A stretch of 64,000 nt of DNA from Raja brachyura (Eukaryota): the NCBI GenBank assembly GCA_963514005.1, contig OY740790.1, forward strand, positions 12,338,001-12,402,000, in the 5' to 3' direction. How positions within the stretch are numbered: position 1 is the stretch's first letter; each line of letters opens with the position of its first letter. Shown one piece after another: positions 1-13,710 of the stretch. The notes under the pieces are model-generated. The model was not told the origin of the DNA. It saw only the letters and a list, made by a program, of their open reading frames with translations, and did no database searches. The translations under genes were made by a program, and so were the position numbers.

Positions 1-3000
1 AGGGGACCAATATCCTGGCGGGGAAATTTGCAAAGGCCACTGGGGAGACTTTAAACTAGAATGGTTGGGGCGAGGGATGCAAATAGCAAAAGCTAGTAGA
101 CAGAATGGGAGGCAGGAAGCAGAAAAGGGAAGCACTCGGACACAAGAGCAGAAAGAAAAAAAAGGAAATAAACAGAGAATAAGAGATGGGGGGTTTCTTA
201 AATGTGCATATTTTAATGCTAGGAGCATTGTAAGAAAGGTGGATGAGCTTAGAGTCTGGATAGACACCTGGAAGTATGATGTTGTGGCGATCAGTGAAAC
301 ATGGTTGCAGGAGGGCTGTGATTGGAAACTAAATATTCCAGGATTTCGTTGCTTCAGGTGTGATAGAATTGGAGGGGCAAGAGGTGGAGGTGTTGCATTG
401 CTAGTCAGGGAAGATATTACAGCAGTGCTTTGGCAGGATAGATTGGAGGGCTCATCTAGGGAGGCTATTTGGGTGGAACTTAGAAGTGGGAAAGGTGTAG
501 CAACACTTATAGGGGTATATTATAGACCGCCAAATGGGGAACGAGAATTGGAAGAGCAAATATGTAAAGAGATAGCAGATATTAGTAGTAAGCACAAGGT
601 AGTGATTGTGGGAGATTTCAACTTTCCACACATAGACTGGGAAACACATTCTGTAAATGGGCTGGATGGTTTGGAGTTTGTAAAATGTGTGCAGGATAGT
701 TTTTTGCAGCAATACATAGAGGTGCCTACTAGAGGAGGGGCAGTGCTGGACCTCCTGTTAGGAAATGAGACGGGACAGGTGGTGGAGGTATGCGTAGGGG
801 AGCACTTCGGGTCCAGTGATCACAATACCATTAGTTTCAATATAATTATGGAGAAGGACAGAACTGGGCCTAGGGTTGAGATTTTTGATTGGAGAAAGGC
901 TAACTTTAACGAGATGCGAGATGATTTAAAAGGAGTGAACTGGGACATTTTGTTTTATGGGAAAGATGTAGAGGAGAAATGGAGGACATTTAAAGGGGAA
1001 ATTTTAAGAGTACAAAATCTTTATGTTCCTGTTCGGTTGAAAGGAACCAGTAAAAATTGGAAAGAGCCCTGGTTTTCAAGGGAAATTGGACATCTTGTTC
1101 GGAAAAAGAGGGAGATCTACAATAATTATAGGCAGCATGAAGTAAATGATGTGCTTGAGGAGTATAAGGAATGTAAAAAGAATCTAAAGAAAGAAATTAG
1201 AAAAGCTAAAAGAAGATATGAGGTTGCTTTGGCAAGTAAGGTGAAAGTAAATCCAAAGGGTTTCTACAGCTATGTTAATAGCAAAAGGATAACAAGGGAT
1301 AAAATTGGTCCATTGGAGAGACCGAGTGGACAGCTATCTGCAGAGCCAAAAGAGATGGGGGAGATATTGAACAATTTATTTTCTTCGGTATTCACCAAGG
1401 AGAAGGATATTGAATTATGTGAGGTAAGGGAAACTAGTAGAGTAGCTATGGATACTATGAGTTTCAAAGTAAAAGAAGTACCGGCACTTTTGAAAAATAT
1501 AAAAAGGATAAGTCTCCAGGTCCTGACAGGATATTCCCTAGGACATTGAGGGAAGTTAGTGTAGAAATAGCCGGGGCTATGACAGAAATATTTCAAATGT
1601 CATTAGAAACTGGAATAGTCCCCGAGGATTGGCGTACTGCGCATGTTGTTCCATTGTTTAAAAAGGGTTCTAAAAGTAAACCTAGCAATTATAGACCGGT
1701 TAGTTTGACTTCAGTGGTGGGCAAATTAATGGAAAAGATACTTAGAGATAATATATATAAGTATCTGGATAAAGAGGGTCTAATTAGGAACAGTCAACAT
1801 GGATTTATGCCTGGAAGGTCATGTTTGACTAATCTTCTTGAATTTTTTGAAGAGGTTACTAGGGAAATTGACGAGGGTAAAGCAGTGGATGTTGTCTATA
1901 TGGACTTCAGTAAGGCCTTTGACAAGGTTCCTCATGGAAGTTTGGTTAAGAAGGTCCAACTGTTGGGTATAAATGCAGGAATAGCAAGATGGATTCAACA
2001 GTGGCTGAATGGGAGAAGCCAGAGGGTAATGGTGGATGGCTGTTTGTCGGGTTGGAGGCAGGTGACTAGTGGGGTGCCTCAGGGATCTGTGTTGGGTCCT
2101 TTGTTGTTTGTCATGTACATCAATGATCTGGATGAAGGGGTGGTAAATTGGATTAGTAAGTATGCAGATGATACCAAGATAGGGGGTGTTGTGGATAATG
2201 AAGAGGATTTCCAAAGTCTACAGAGTGATTTAGGCCAGTTGGAAAAATGGGCTGAAAGATGGCAGATGGAGTTTAATGCTGATAAATGTGAGGTGCTACA
2301 CCTTGGCAGGACAAATCAAAATAGGACGTACATGGTAAACGGTAGGGAATTGAAGAATACAGTTGAACAGAGGGATCTGGGAATAACCGTGCATAATTCC
2401 TTGAAGGTAGAATCTCATATAGATAGGGTGGTAAAGAAAGCTTTTGGTATGCTAGCCTTTATAAATCAGAGCATTGAGTATAGAAGCTGGGATGTAATGT
2501 TAAAATTGTACAAGACGTTGGTGAGACCAAATCTGGAGTATGGTGTACAATTTTGGTCGCCCAATTATAGGAAGGATGTCAACAAAATAGAGAGGGTACA
2601 GAGGAGATTTACTAGAATGTTGCCTGGGTTTCAACAGCTAAGTTACAGAGATAGGTTGAATAAGTTAGGTCTTTATTCTCTGGAGCGCAGAAGGTTAAGG
2701 GGTGACTTGATAGAGGTCTTTAAAATGATGAGAGGGATAGACAGAGTTAATGTGGACAAGCTTTTCCCTTTGAGAATAGGGAAGATTCAAACAAGAGGAC
2801 ATGACTTTAGAATTAAGGGACAGAGGTTTAGGGGTAACATGAGGGAGAACTTCTTTACTCAGAGAGTGGTAGCGGTGTGGAATGAGCTTCCAGTGGAAGT
2901 GGTGGCGGCAGGTTCGTTGGTATCATTTAAAAATAAATTGGATAGGCATATGGATGAGAAGGGTATGGAGGGTTATGGTATGAGTGCAGGCAGGTGGGAC

Positions 3001-3072
3001 TAAGGGAAAAAAGTTGTTCGGCACGGACTTGAAGGGCCGAGATGGCCTGTTTCCGTGCTGTAATTGTTATAT
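1..3072 (+). mobile_element. CR1-clade LINE, near full-length (5' part outside the window)
   Basis: ORF1 tail GTNILAGKFAKATGETLN* at 3-59, then ORF2 with endonuclease and RT, then a CR1-type 3' end (gggccgagatggcctgtttccgtgctgta). Confidence 0.93.
65..3003 (+). pseudogene. CR1 ORF2 (APE endonuclease + RT) with one frameshift near 1500-1510
   Basis: APE motifs YFNARS, SETW, YRPP, GDFN, SDH. RT motifs [32 protein letters not shown]. The DKSPGPD motif is present but out of frame, consistent with a 1-nt loss joining ORFs 65-1549 and 1546-3003. Confidence 0.92.
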
Positions 3073-3420
3073 GTAACAGGCATTGTGCAACCTTTCACAG
3101 CTGGAATTTACCTCCCGTTTTTATGAGGCCTAACTGTATAGGGTACTAGACGAAGTGAACTAGACATGTTCACATAGGAGGGCTGGTCCCCAACGCAATA
3201 TTCTACCTCTCCACCAATTCCAATATTGGTGGCCAGTGAGGGGGGGGGTCAGGAGCGCTAGTATGGATGTTGTGGGCTGAAGGGACTGGTTTCCAGGGGG
3301 CTAGTATGGACATTGTGGGCCAAATGGATTCTTGGGATGGCCGCTCAGTCCCTCAAGCCTGATGCGCTGGCAGCTCACTCATGGCTGGTGGGCTGGCAGT
3401 TGACTCACGGCTATTCCTTG

Positions 3421-6307
3421 ACAATAGACAATAGACAATAGGTGCAGGAGTAGGCCATTTGGCCCTTCGAGTGAGCATCGCCATTCAATGTGATCATGGA
3501 TGATCATCTACAATCAGTACCCCGTTCCTGCCTTCTCCCCATATCCCCTGACTCCGCTATTTTTAAGAGCCCTATCTAGCTCTCTCTTGAAAGCATCCAG
3601 AGAACCTGTCTCCCCACTTTCTGAGGCAGAGAATTCCACAGCCTCACCACTCTCTGTGAGAAAAAGTGTTTCCTCGTCTCCATTCTAAATGGCTTACTCC
3701 TTAATCTTAAACTGTGGCCCCTGGTTCTGGACTCCTCCAACATCGGGAACATGTTTCCTGCCTCTAGCGTGTCCAAGCCCTTAACAATCTTACATGTTTC
3801 AATGAGATGCCCTCTCATCCTTCTAAACTCCAGAGTGTACAAGCCCAGCTGCTCCATTCTCTCAGCATATGACAGTCCTGCCATCCCAGGAATTAACCTT
3901 GTAAACCTTCGCTGCACTCCCTCAATAGCAAGAATGTCCTTCCTCAAATTAGGGGACCAAAACTGCACTCAACACTCCAGGTGTGGTCTCACTAGGGCTC
4001 TGTACAACTGCAGAAGGACCTCTTTGCTCCTATATTCGAGTCCTCTTGTTATAAAGGACAACATGCCATTCGCTTTCTTCACTGCCTGCTGTACCTGCAT
4101 GCTTACTTTCATAGACTGATGTACAAAGACCCACAGATCCCATTGTACTTCCCCTTTTCCCAACTTGACGCCATTTAGATAGTAATCTGCCTTCCTGTTT
4201 TTGCTACCAAAGTGGATAACCTCACATTTATCCGCATTAAACTTCATCTGCCATGCATCTACCCATTCCCCCAACCTGTTCAAGTCACCCTACATTCTCA
4301 TAGCATCCTCCTCACAGTTCACACTGCCACCCAGCTTTGTGTCATCTGTAAATTTGCTAATGTTACTTGAATCCCTTCATCCAAATCATTGATGTACAGT
4401 GGTTCTACAAAGTATTGACTCAGGGGGGGCAGAATACTTTTGCATGCCACACTTTTCAGTTTTTTATTTGTAATAAAATTTGGAAACCATGTATCATTTT
4501 CCTTCCACTTCACAATTATGTGCCACTTTGTCTTGGTCTATCAAATAAAATCCCAATAAAATACATTTACGTTTATGGTTGTAACGTGACAAAATGTGGA
4601 AAAGTTCAAGGGGTATGAAATCTTTTGCAAGCCACTGTATATTGTAAACAGCTGCGGTCCCAGCACCGAGCCTTGCGGTACCACACTAGTCACTGCCTGC
4701 CATTCTGAAAGGGACCCCTTTAATTCCTACTCTTTATTTCCTGTCTGCCAACCACTTCTGTATCCATGTCAGCACTCTACCCTCAATACCATGTGCCCTA
4801 ATTTTGCCCACTAATCTCCTATGTGTGACCTTATCAAATGCTTTCTGAAAGTCCAGGTACACTACATCCACTGGCTCTCCCTTGTCCATTTTCCGAGTTA
4901 TATCTTCAAAAAATTCCAGAAGATTAGTCAAGCATGATTTCCCCTTTGTAAATCCATGCTGACTCGGTCCGATCCTGTTACTGCTATCCAAATGTGCGGC
5001 TATCTCATCTTTTATAATTGACTCCAGCATCTTCCCCACCACCGATGTCGGACTAACTGGTCCATAATTCCCTGTTTTCTCTCCCCCGCCTTTCTTAAAA
5101 AGTGGGATAACATTAGCTACCCTCCAATCCACAGGAACTGATCCTGAGTCTATGGAACATTGGAAAATTATCAACAATGCATCCACAAATTCTAGAGCCA
5201 CTTTCTTAAGTACCTTGGGATGCAGACCATCAGGCTCTGGGGATTTATCAGCCTTCAGTCCCATCAGTCTATCCAACACTATTTCCTGCCTAATGTGGAT
5301 TTCCTTCAGTTCCTCCGTCACCCCAGATCCACTGGCCACTACTATATCAGGAAGATTGTTTGTGTCCTCCTTAGTGAAGACAGATCCAAAGTAGCTGTTC
5401 AACTCATCTGCCATTTCCTTGTTCCCCATAATAAATTCACTTTTTTCGGTCTTCAAGGGTCCAACTTTGGTCTTAACTAATGTTTTCCTCTTCATATACC
5501 TAAAGACGCTTTTACTATCATGCTTTATATTCTTGGCTAGCTTACCTTCGTACCTCATCCTTTCTCCCCGTATTGTCTTTTTGGTTATCTTCTGTTGTTC
5601 TTTAAACATTACCCAATCCTCTTGCTTCCCGCTCATCTTTGCTACGTTGTATTTCTTCGCTTTAATTTTTATACTGTTCCTGACATCCCTTGTCAGCCAT
5701 GTCGTCCCCTTCTCCCCTTGGAATCTTTCTTCCTCCTAGGAATGAACTGATCCTGCACCTTCTGTATTATTCCTAGAAACACCTGCCATTTTTGTTCCAC
5801 TGTCATCCCTGCTCATGTATCTTTCCAGTCAACTTTGGCCAGCTCCTCCCTCATGGCCCCATAGTCCCCTTTATTCAACTGCAACACTGACACCTCCAAT
5901 CTAATCTTCTCCCTCTCCAATTGTAGATTAAACCTGACCATGTTATGGTCACTGCCTCCTAATGGCTCATTAACCTCGAGATCCTTTATCAAATCCGGTT
6001 CATTACATAACACTAAATCCAGAATTGCCTTCTCCCTGGTAGGCTCCAATACAAGCTGTTCAAATAATCCATCAGAAAGGCACTCTACATCGTCCCTTTC
6101 CTGGGGTCCAGTACCAACCTGATTTTCCCAGTCTACCTGCATGTTGAAATCTCCCATAACAACCACAGCATTACTTTTACTACATGCCAATTTTAACTCC
6201 TGATCCAACTTGTGCCGTATATCGAGGCTACTGTTTGGGGGCCTGTAGATTAGTCCCATTTGGGTATTTTTACCCTTACAATTCCTTAGTTCTATCCATT
6301 CTGACTC
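3421..6307 (-). mobile_element. 5'-truncated, degenerate CR1 LINE nested in Helitron A
   Basis: Minus-strand ORF fragments 5813-6310 (EN), 4734-5636, 3969-4283 and 3576-3968 (RT). Short-repeat 3' tail (acaatag)n at 3421. Confidence 0.92.
4397..4637 (+). mobile_element. Internally deleted Tc1/mariner element
   Basis: CAGTGG...CCACTG ends flanked by TA on both sides (4395-96, 4638-39), interrupting the CR1 RT. Retains transposase-like C-terminal codons GSTKY* and one long terminal repeat. Confidence 0.85.
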
Positions 6308-6923
6308 CATTTCAAGCAGGGTGCAAGGCCACCAAATTCAAATGCAGTTTCCTACCATTTCAAGCAGGGTGCAAGGCCACCAAATTTAAGTGCAGTTTCA
6401 TACCACTTCAAGCAGGTTGCAAGGCCACCAAATTTAAGTGCTGTTTCATACCACTTCATGCAGGGTGCAAGGCCACCAAATTCAAGTGCAGTATCATACC
6501 ACATCATGCAGGGCGGAAGTCCACCAAACTCAAGTGCATTTTCCTACGACTTCAAGCAGGGTGCAAGGCCACCAAACTCAAGTGAAGTTTCCTACCACTT
6601 CAAGCAAGGTGCAAAGCCACCAAACTCAAGTGCAATTTACTGCCACTTCAAGCAGGGTGCAGGGCCACCAAACTCAAGTGCAGTTTCATTCCACTTCAAT
6701 CGGGGTGCAAGTCCACCAAATTCAAGTGCAGTTTCATGCCACTTCAAGCAGGGTGCAAAGCCACCAAATTCAAGTGCAGTTTCGAACTACTTCAAGCAGG
6801 GTGCAAGGCTACCATATTCAAATACAGTTTCATACCATTTCATGCAGGGTGCAAGGCTACCATATTCAAATACAGTTTCATACCATTTCATGCAGGGTGC
6901 AAGGCCACCATATTCAAATGCAG
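6308..6923. repeat. 48-bp minisatellite, ~13 copies, internal to Helitron A
   Basis: Unit ccatttcaagcagggtgcaaggccaccaaattcaaatgcagtttccta; the same unit occurs reversed at ~42915-43170. Confidence 0.95.
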
Positions 6924-7210
6924 TGTAGTGGCACCATAAGTGGTGAATAAAGGTGAGACGTCAGGTTGGTTCAAACGGTTGTTCATTTAGTGATGACACG
7001 TTAGATTGGTGCACTAACCATATTACAATGTTGCTGTAGCTGAGTGTAGTTGTACTCTCGGGCTCAGCTACCTGTTGACTTCCCTAGGTCTCGAGGTGAG
7101 AGACCTTAAGTACCAGGCCACTCCCTCTAGCCCATGACGTCACATGCCCGCCCTCGTATCTCCTGACGAGGGTTCGAGCATAAGTGGCCCATGTTTAGGC
7201 TGACACCACA
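6924..7210. mobile_element. Solo LTR (Gypsy/ERV-type)
   Basis: TGTAGTGGCA...TGACACCACA imperfect inverted termini and a 4-bp TSD GCAG (6920-23, 7211-14), splitting a minisatellite unit. Confidence 0.85.
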
Positions 7211-8132
7211 GCAGTTTCATACCATTTCAAGCAGGGCTAAACTACCATAAAACCACCATAAAAGCACACAAAACACCACATACAAAAACACCACACTCAC
7301 AGTTCAGTAGACATTCAGTGTGTTCCGTTGATTCACCGCTCAGAGTCATGACCTCTCCCTCCCCCATCTTGCAGAGATTGAGCCACACCCACACTCCCGG
7401 GTTTTATAATCACTCCCCCCTTCCACTGAAAGGGGCGTGGTCATCATGACGTGAGCGACAAGCGAGAGATTCTCAAAACATTTTCAACACTAATAACACT
7501 TTTATTTTTCATTGACGGGAAGAATCCTCTGCACCTGATGAGTGGAGGGGGGCTGAGTAAGATAGCCAAAAATCACACCCGTAAGTGGTAGCATTTTATC
7601 TGAAATCAATATACAGTGCAAACAGGAAGTTGTCAAGTTTAGACTTTTGATAATTTGCCATTTCGAACCAACAACTATTTTCAGTGCTTTATTTCAAACC
7701 AACCACCATTTGTAGTGCTTTATTTCAAACCAACCACATTTTCATTTTCAAATCACATTAAGGGCACTCAAGGTCAGTAAAACCACACTCACAGTTTAGT
7801 AGACATGTGTTCAGTGTTATTCACAGCTCAGACTGAGAGACGTGACCCTCTCGCTTCCCCATCTTGGAGAGACTAACTGAGGCACTCAACACTTCCGGGT
7901 TTTATAGTCCCTCCGAAAGGGGCTTGGTCTTCAGGAGAGAGAATATCAACATTTTTTAAACACTAATAACTCTTTTATTTTTCATCAATGGGAAAAATCC
8001 TCTTGTCCTGCACAGCAGAGGGGGACTCTGAGTAAGATGGCCAACAATCACAGCCATAAGCGGCAGTGCTTTTTCTAAAATCAATATACAGGACAACAGG
8101 AAGTGGTCAAGATCAGACTTTTAGTAATATAG

Positions 8133-11100
8133 GACTAAGTGGGACCAATTGGGTCCCAGTCACATGGGAGGCCTGGTCCCCCAATGCAACCCATTCCCCA
8201 ATGCAATATTCCACCATTCACCAGTTCCCCCAATGCAACGGCAGGAGCATTCTGTAGCTGGGGGAGGGGGATGGCTTCAAGCAGGGCCTGTCGGGGGCTG
8301 GTGGGGGGGGGTTGTGGAGGGGGGGGGGTTGTGGAGGAGGTGGGTTGTGGGGGAATGGGGGGTGTGGGGGAGGAGGGGTGCAGGAGAAAAGGATTGTGTT
8401 TCCCTTTTTTTAAAACAAACAAAAAAGACTGCTCTGGCTAAGATGGTGAATTTTCATCGAGGCGTTGTCTGGACATCTTATCTTTGGAATGTTAATTCAA
8501 GGTCAGATTTTATGTTTCATTTCAACAAAGGATTGGAAAAGAAAAAAACAGTGGCGGGGAAAATAACTTGAGGATATGGAAAAATATTATCAGTGGACTT
8601 GTATATAGAAACTTATGATTTAAGAAACACACAATTATATACTAACATAAAATATAATTAATAAAATTGTGTAACATTAAGGCATAGCGTAACAATGGCT
8701 GTTGTTTATTTCATGATGTTAATTACTTGCTAAATATAAGAATAACAAGTTAAATATGATTGATAAGTATTAACATACTAACAAATTTTATGGATATAGT
8801 AGATTTAGTTTAAATTGCACGCAAAGGGGAGGGGAGGAGACTCAGATACTTGGATGTTATCCAAGGGTACTTGGAAGTTATACGGGCTTTTGTGTCGGAC
8901 AACAGCAGGTTCCAAGGTTAAGCCCTTGGGGCCTGCTGTTGTCTGATACAAAAGTTTGAGACTCAATTGTAATAGATCTTGGCATATCGATAGATATGGA
9001 TATATAATTAACATAATCACTCATATCTAAGTATATACTTAATGTTGGAAATTCTTTTTTATTTTGTTTTTCCTCTTTGAAGATACATTTCTAATCTATC
9101 TATCGGAGTGCGTTTTATTTTATATATATATTTTTTAAACTTTGTATCGCTCTCTCTTCCAATTAATAATAATTGGTCAAGGGGGCAGTGCAAAACATAT
9201 AAAAACATCTACGGAAGTCGATAAGAATATTTCTACCACCTGTTGGTGGTTTGTTTTTAATTATAATATCTTTATTTTTGGATATTAAAATATCACTTTT
9301 TGCTTGTTAATTATCTTTTCACGACTACACTTTCTGGTCTTTTTCAAGGTCTATTCTGAAGGGGAGATGCCAACAAAATTTAATAGCTGGGGATGATCAT
9401 CCCTCACCTAGTGCAATGAGGTTCTTGGTTGCACCATATGAAGTAAAGGTATTAACATGATCCATAATGCAAGACGATAAACAAAAGAAAACTGGAGGAA
9501 TCACGTTCTGCAGTTGGAATATCAGGGACACTAATGAACCAATTAAAAGGGGTAAGATATTTGTCCAATCAAAAGCTTTAAATAGTGATGTTATTTTCTT
9601 ACAAGATACGCATCTGAAATATCAAACACAGATAAGACTGAAGGCAAATTGGATTGGGCAAACATACTACTCTTCATTTACTTCTAAATCTAGAGGCACG
9701 GCCATTATCATTCGTAAAGGTATACCATTTAAATTAAAGAATACCATAGCAGATAAAGAGGGGAGGTACGTCATAGTCACGGGAGAAATGTATTCTACTC
9801 CACTTACTTTGATAAATATTTATGCTCCTAATTTTGACAACCCTCAATTTTTTAGTAAAATTCTGGATACAATTTCAGAACTTAACTATCAAAATGTGGT
9901 AATAGGGGGAGATTTGAATTGTGTTTTAGATCCGTATCTGGATAAATCTGCAAAACAAAAAAGGATTAACATAAAATCTAAAACAAGTGAACTCCTAAAT
10001 ACATACACGAAAAATACCAATATGATAGATGTATGGAGGATCGCTAACCCAGTAGGTAGAGAATATTCATTTTTATTCAACGGTACATAAAACATATTCA
10101 CATATTGATTATTTCTTAGTGGACACAAAATTAATTCCATACACATATAATGCTAAATATCACAATAGTATTATTTCTGATCATTCCCCGTTAACTTTCT
10201 CTTTAAAATTAGAAGGAATGCCTGACAAAAAATCATTTTGGAGGTTTAACCCGCAAATCTTAAACAATCTCATATCAAGCTTTCCAAAATGAAAAGAATA
10301 ATAATGAACAATTACAGTTAGAACAAGAAATAAGACAATTAGATTTAGAAAATGCTAAAGAACCAACTATAGATAAACACAATAAGATAACAATACTAAA
10401 ATATAAATTAAATAAAATTTTATCGGCCAGAATAATAAGATTATTTCAAATTACAAAACAAGACAATTTTGAATTTGGTGATAAACCACATAAACTCTTA
10501 GGACGCCAACTGAAAAAAACGGGAAACAGAAAATACAATTACTAAAATTAAATCAGAGAAAGGGGAATTACTAACACTACCTAAAGATATAAATAAAAGA
10601 TTTGCTCAATATTATCAAAATTTATATACATCGAAAACCTCTGCAAATAATACTCAAATTACAAATTTCTTAAGACAATTGTAATCTTCCAAAATTAAAT
10701 ATGATGGAACAAGAGTGATTAGGAGCTCAGATTACACTTCAGGAAATAGAAGAAATAATAAGTTTGTTGAAGAATGGCAAAACGCCAGGACCAGACGGCT
10801 TTAGTAATGAATTCTATAAAAGATTCCACGAGATAATTTCTCCACGCTTGCAAGATTTATATATATACGCTTTTAAAGAAAATAAACTACCAGAAACAAT
10901 AACTGAGTCAATTATTAAACTTATACCAAAAAAGGATAAAGATCTAGAAGACCCAGGCTCATATAGAGCTATTGCACGCCTAAATACAGATCAAAAAATA
11001 TTAGCAGACACCCGCTCCAAGACCCGACTCCGGACTCAAGCGGCCTGCCTTGATATTATATTAATATTATTAATTCGCTCCTTTTACCCAATCCCCCACC

Positions 11101-11760
11101 CTATCCACTCACGCATAGCCCCCAACTCGCAGGAGCAGCTAGAGAGGGAGAGGGAGGGGTGTAGAGAGGGTGGGGGCAAAGGCAGAGGGAAGGAGGCAGA
11201 GGGCAGAGGACAGAGCTAGTGGACTGAGACAGAGGGTAGAGGTAGAGAGAGGGCAGCAAGAGAGGCAGAGAGCGGCAGCAACCTCCCCACCATGCGCCGA
11301 CATGAGGAACCCGAGTGTGGGGGCGAGGCGGTGACCGGGCGGGCAAGCGGGTGGGCAAGCAAAGGGCCACAAGTTGGGCCGCTGCAGTCTACAGCTATGA
11401 ACTTTGCTCTTCAATCCAGGGCCGACTTCATCTCCAGGTGTCTTTTGAATAACGGGGGGGGGGGTGACGTCACTTGCAGCACGAGGAAGAAGGCATGCAG
11501 ACCCATTATGACGTCATCAGCGATAGACAGTCGTTTTTAAATTCAAAGTTTTGTCAGATTTTTGAATATTTTCATTAATAACTCGACAAATAAAGCATGA
11601 GATTTTCAGATGCTATTTTGGACTCCAGGGGGAAAATGTCCATTAGAATATGTAACAATGTTACCATTACCGCGTCATTTTTTTTGCGAAGATGTGATTA
11701 CACACAAACACACACACAAATAAATACACATCCAAGATCAGAGTTTTATAAGTATAGAGA
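8133..11760 (-). mobile_element. Non-autonomous Helitron-like element B enclosing an L1 fragment
   Basis: Minus-strand 5' A|TCTCTATACTTATAAAACTCTGATCTTGG at 11760. 3' hairpin GGGACC-CAATT-GGTCCC followed by ACTTAGTC at ~8133-8157. That both ends belong to one element is inferred. Confidence 0.6.
9467..11008 (+). pseudogene. L1-clade ORF2 fragment (APE endonuclease to start of RT), frameshifted and 3'-truncated
   Basis: SWNIR, QDTH, NIYAPN, GGDLN, DVWR, SDH, KTPGPDGF and SYRAI motifs; sequence stops abruptly at ~11008. Confidence 0.88.
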
Positions 11761-11848
11761 TTATTGATGGAGGTGGGGGTGGGGAGGAGAGGTTGGTACA
11801 GCGGTAGCAAAATTCAGTGATGGATTCAAAGGTTGCGCCTTCTGTGGC

Positions 11849-13710
11849 AAAGAATTCCACAGATTGACAACACTGTAAATACATTTCTCCTCATCACCAT
11901 CCTAAAAGAACGTCCCTTAATTCTGAGGCTATGACCTCTAGTCCTAGACTCTCCCACTAGTGGAAACATCCTCTCCACATCCACTCTATCCAAGCCTTTC
12001 AATATTCTGTATGTTTCAATGAGATCCTCCCTCATCTAAATTCCAGCGAGTACAGGCCCAGTGCAGTCAAAGGCTCATGATAGGTTAACTTACTAATTCC
12101 TGGGATCATTCTTGTGAAGCTCCTCTGGTCCTACTCTAGAGCCAGCACATCCTTCCTCAGATATGATACCCAAAATTGCTCAAAATATTCCATATGCGAC
12201 CTTACCAGCGCCTTATAGAGCCTCAGCATTACATCTCTGTTTGTGTATACAAGCCATCTTGAAATAAATGCTAGCTTTCTTTACTACCGATTCGACTTGC
12301 AGATTAACCTTTTATGAATCCGGCTCCATCACTCCCAAGTCCCTTTGCACCTTCGATTTCTGGATTCTCTCCCCATTTAGAAAATAGTCTATGCCTTCTT
12401 CAGATCTATCCCAACTTCTGTACTCAATACCATGACTGATGAAGGTCATTGTACAGAAAGCCTTCTTGACCACCCAATCTACCTGTGGCAACACTTTCAG
12501 GGAACTATATCCCATCATTCATAGATTCCTTTGCTCTACAATACTTCCCAGGGACCACCATTCACAGTGAAGGTCCTGCCCTGGTTGAAACACTTACCTA
12601 CACTAAATTTAATTAACCTCTCCTTAGCCCACTTGCCTCACTAATAAAAATCCTGCTGTAATTTGTGGTAACCATCTTCGCTATCTATGATACGACCCAG
12701 TTTAGTATTATCTGTAAAGCCTGAAAGGCTGCTGCCGGCCCCATTCAAATTCTGGCTTTTCCATCAGCTGTGTTGCTGATTTGTTGAGTATTTCCTCATT
12801 TTCTGCTTTGTTTCAGAATTGCAGCGTCTGCAATATATTAGTTTAGTCCATTTGGAGTCCACACCAGCGATCAATCATCCATTCAAACTAGTTCTGTTTT
12901 CCTACTTTCTCAGCCACTCCCAACACATTGGGAACAATTTTACAGAGGCCAAATAACCTGCTCGACCCGAAACGTCGCCTATCTCCTTCGCTCCTTAGAT
13001 GCTGCTGCACCCGCTGAGTTTCTCCAGCTTTTTGTGTAACCTGCAAACATCTTTGGGATTTGTGAGGAACCTGGAGCACCAGGAGGAAACCCAAACAGTC
13101 ACAGACAGACAATACAAACACCGCACAGACAAACACAACACAGCAGCGCTGAACTACCATCTACCTCATTGGTGACCCTCGCACTATTCTTGATTGGACT
13201 TTGCTGGCTTTACCTTGCACTAAACATTAGTCCCTTATCATGTATCTATACACTGTAAATGGATCGATTGTAATAATGTATTATCTTTCCACTGACTGGT
13301 TAGCACGCAACAAAAGCTTCTCACTGTACCTCGGCGCACGGGACAATAAACTAAACAGACAGCACTCTAGGTCAGGAACGAAACTGGGTCTCTGCCGCTG
13401 TGAGGCAGCAACTCTACCAGCTGGGCCACTGTGCCACCCAAGCACTTACAAACTGTGCTTAATATTGCCTCTGCATGTTGCAGGTGATTGTTCCAATGTC
13501 CAGGCTTTGTAACTATGGCCACGGTACTGATGTACAGGTGGGAACCAAATCAATGTAGATGCATATCATCTCACTATTGTGGTAATGCCTCGTGCTTTTC
13601 TATGGAGTTTGCTTTACATCGATAAGCTTCTATGATTCCTATATCTCGTTTCCCTTTCCCGTGACTTTCAATCTAAAGAAGGGTCTCGACCCGAAACGTC
13701 GCCCATTCCT
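11849..13710 (+). repeat. Segment duplicated at ~29335-31480 (copy 1): CR1 pieces, V-SINE and unique DNA
   Basis: Shared chimeric CR1 junction (gaaaatagtctatgccttcttcagatctatcccaacttc) and shared non-repeat flank (agcacttacaaactgtgcttaatattgcctctgcatgttgcagg). Confidence 0.85.

Larger units (their letters stand above)
3146..8132 (-). mobile_element. Non-autonomous Helitron-like element A, with nested CR1, Tc1 remnant and solo LTR
   Basis: Minus-strand 5' end CTATATTACTAAAAGTCTGATCTTGAC at ~8132 and 3' CTAG at 3146. Colinear with element D (41830-43397) once the nested insertions are removed. Confidence 0.75.

Noticed and set aside
6184-6950. Repetitive ORFs as proteins
   Set aside because: By-product of the 48-bp (multiple of 3) minisatellite, open in several frames.
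8270-8385. Gly- or Pro-rich ORFs / functional G-quadruplex
   Set aside because: Low-complexity G-tract inside a Helitron end; nothing indicates function.
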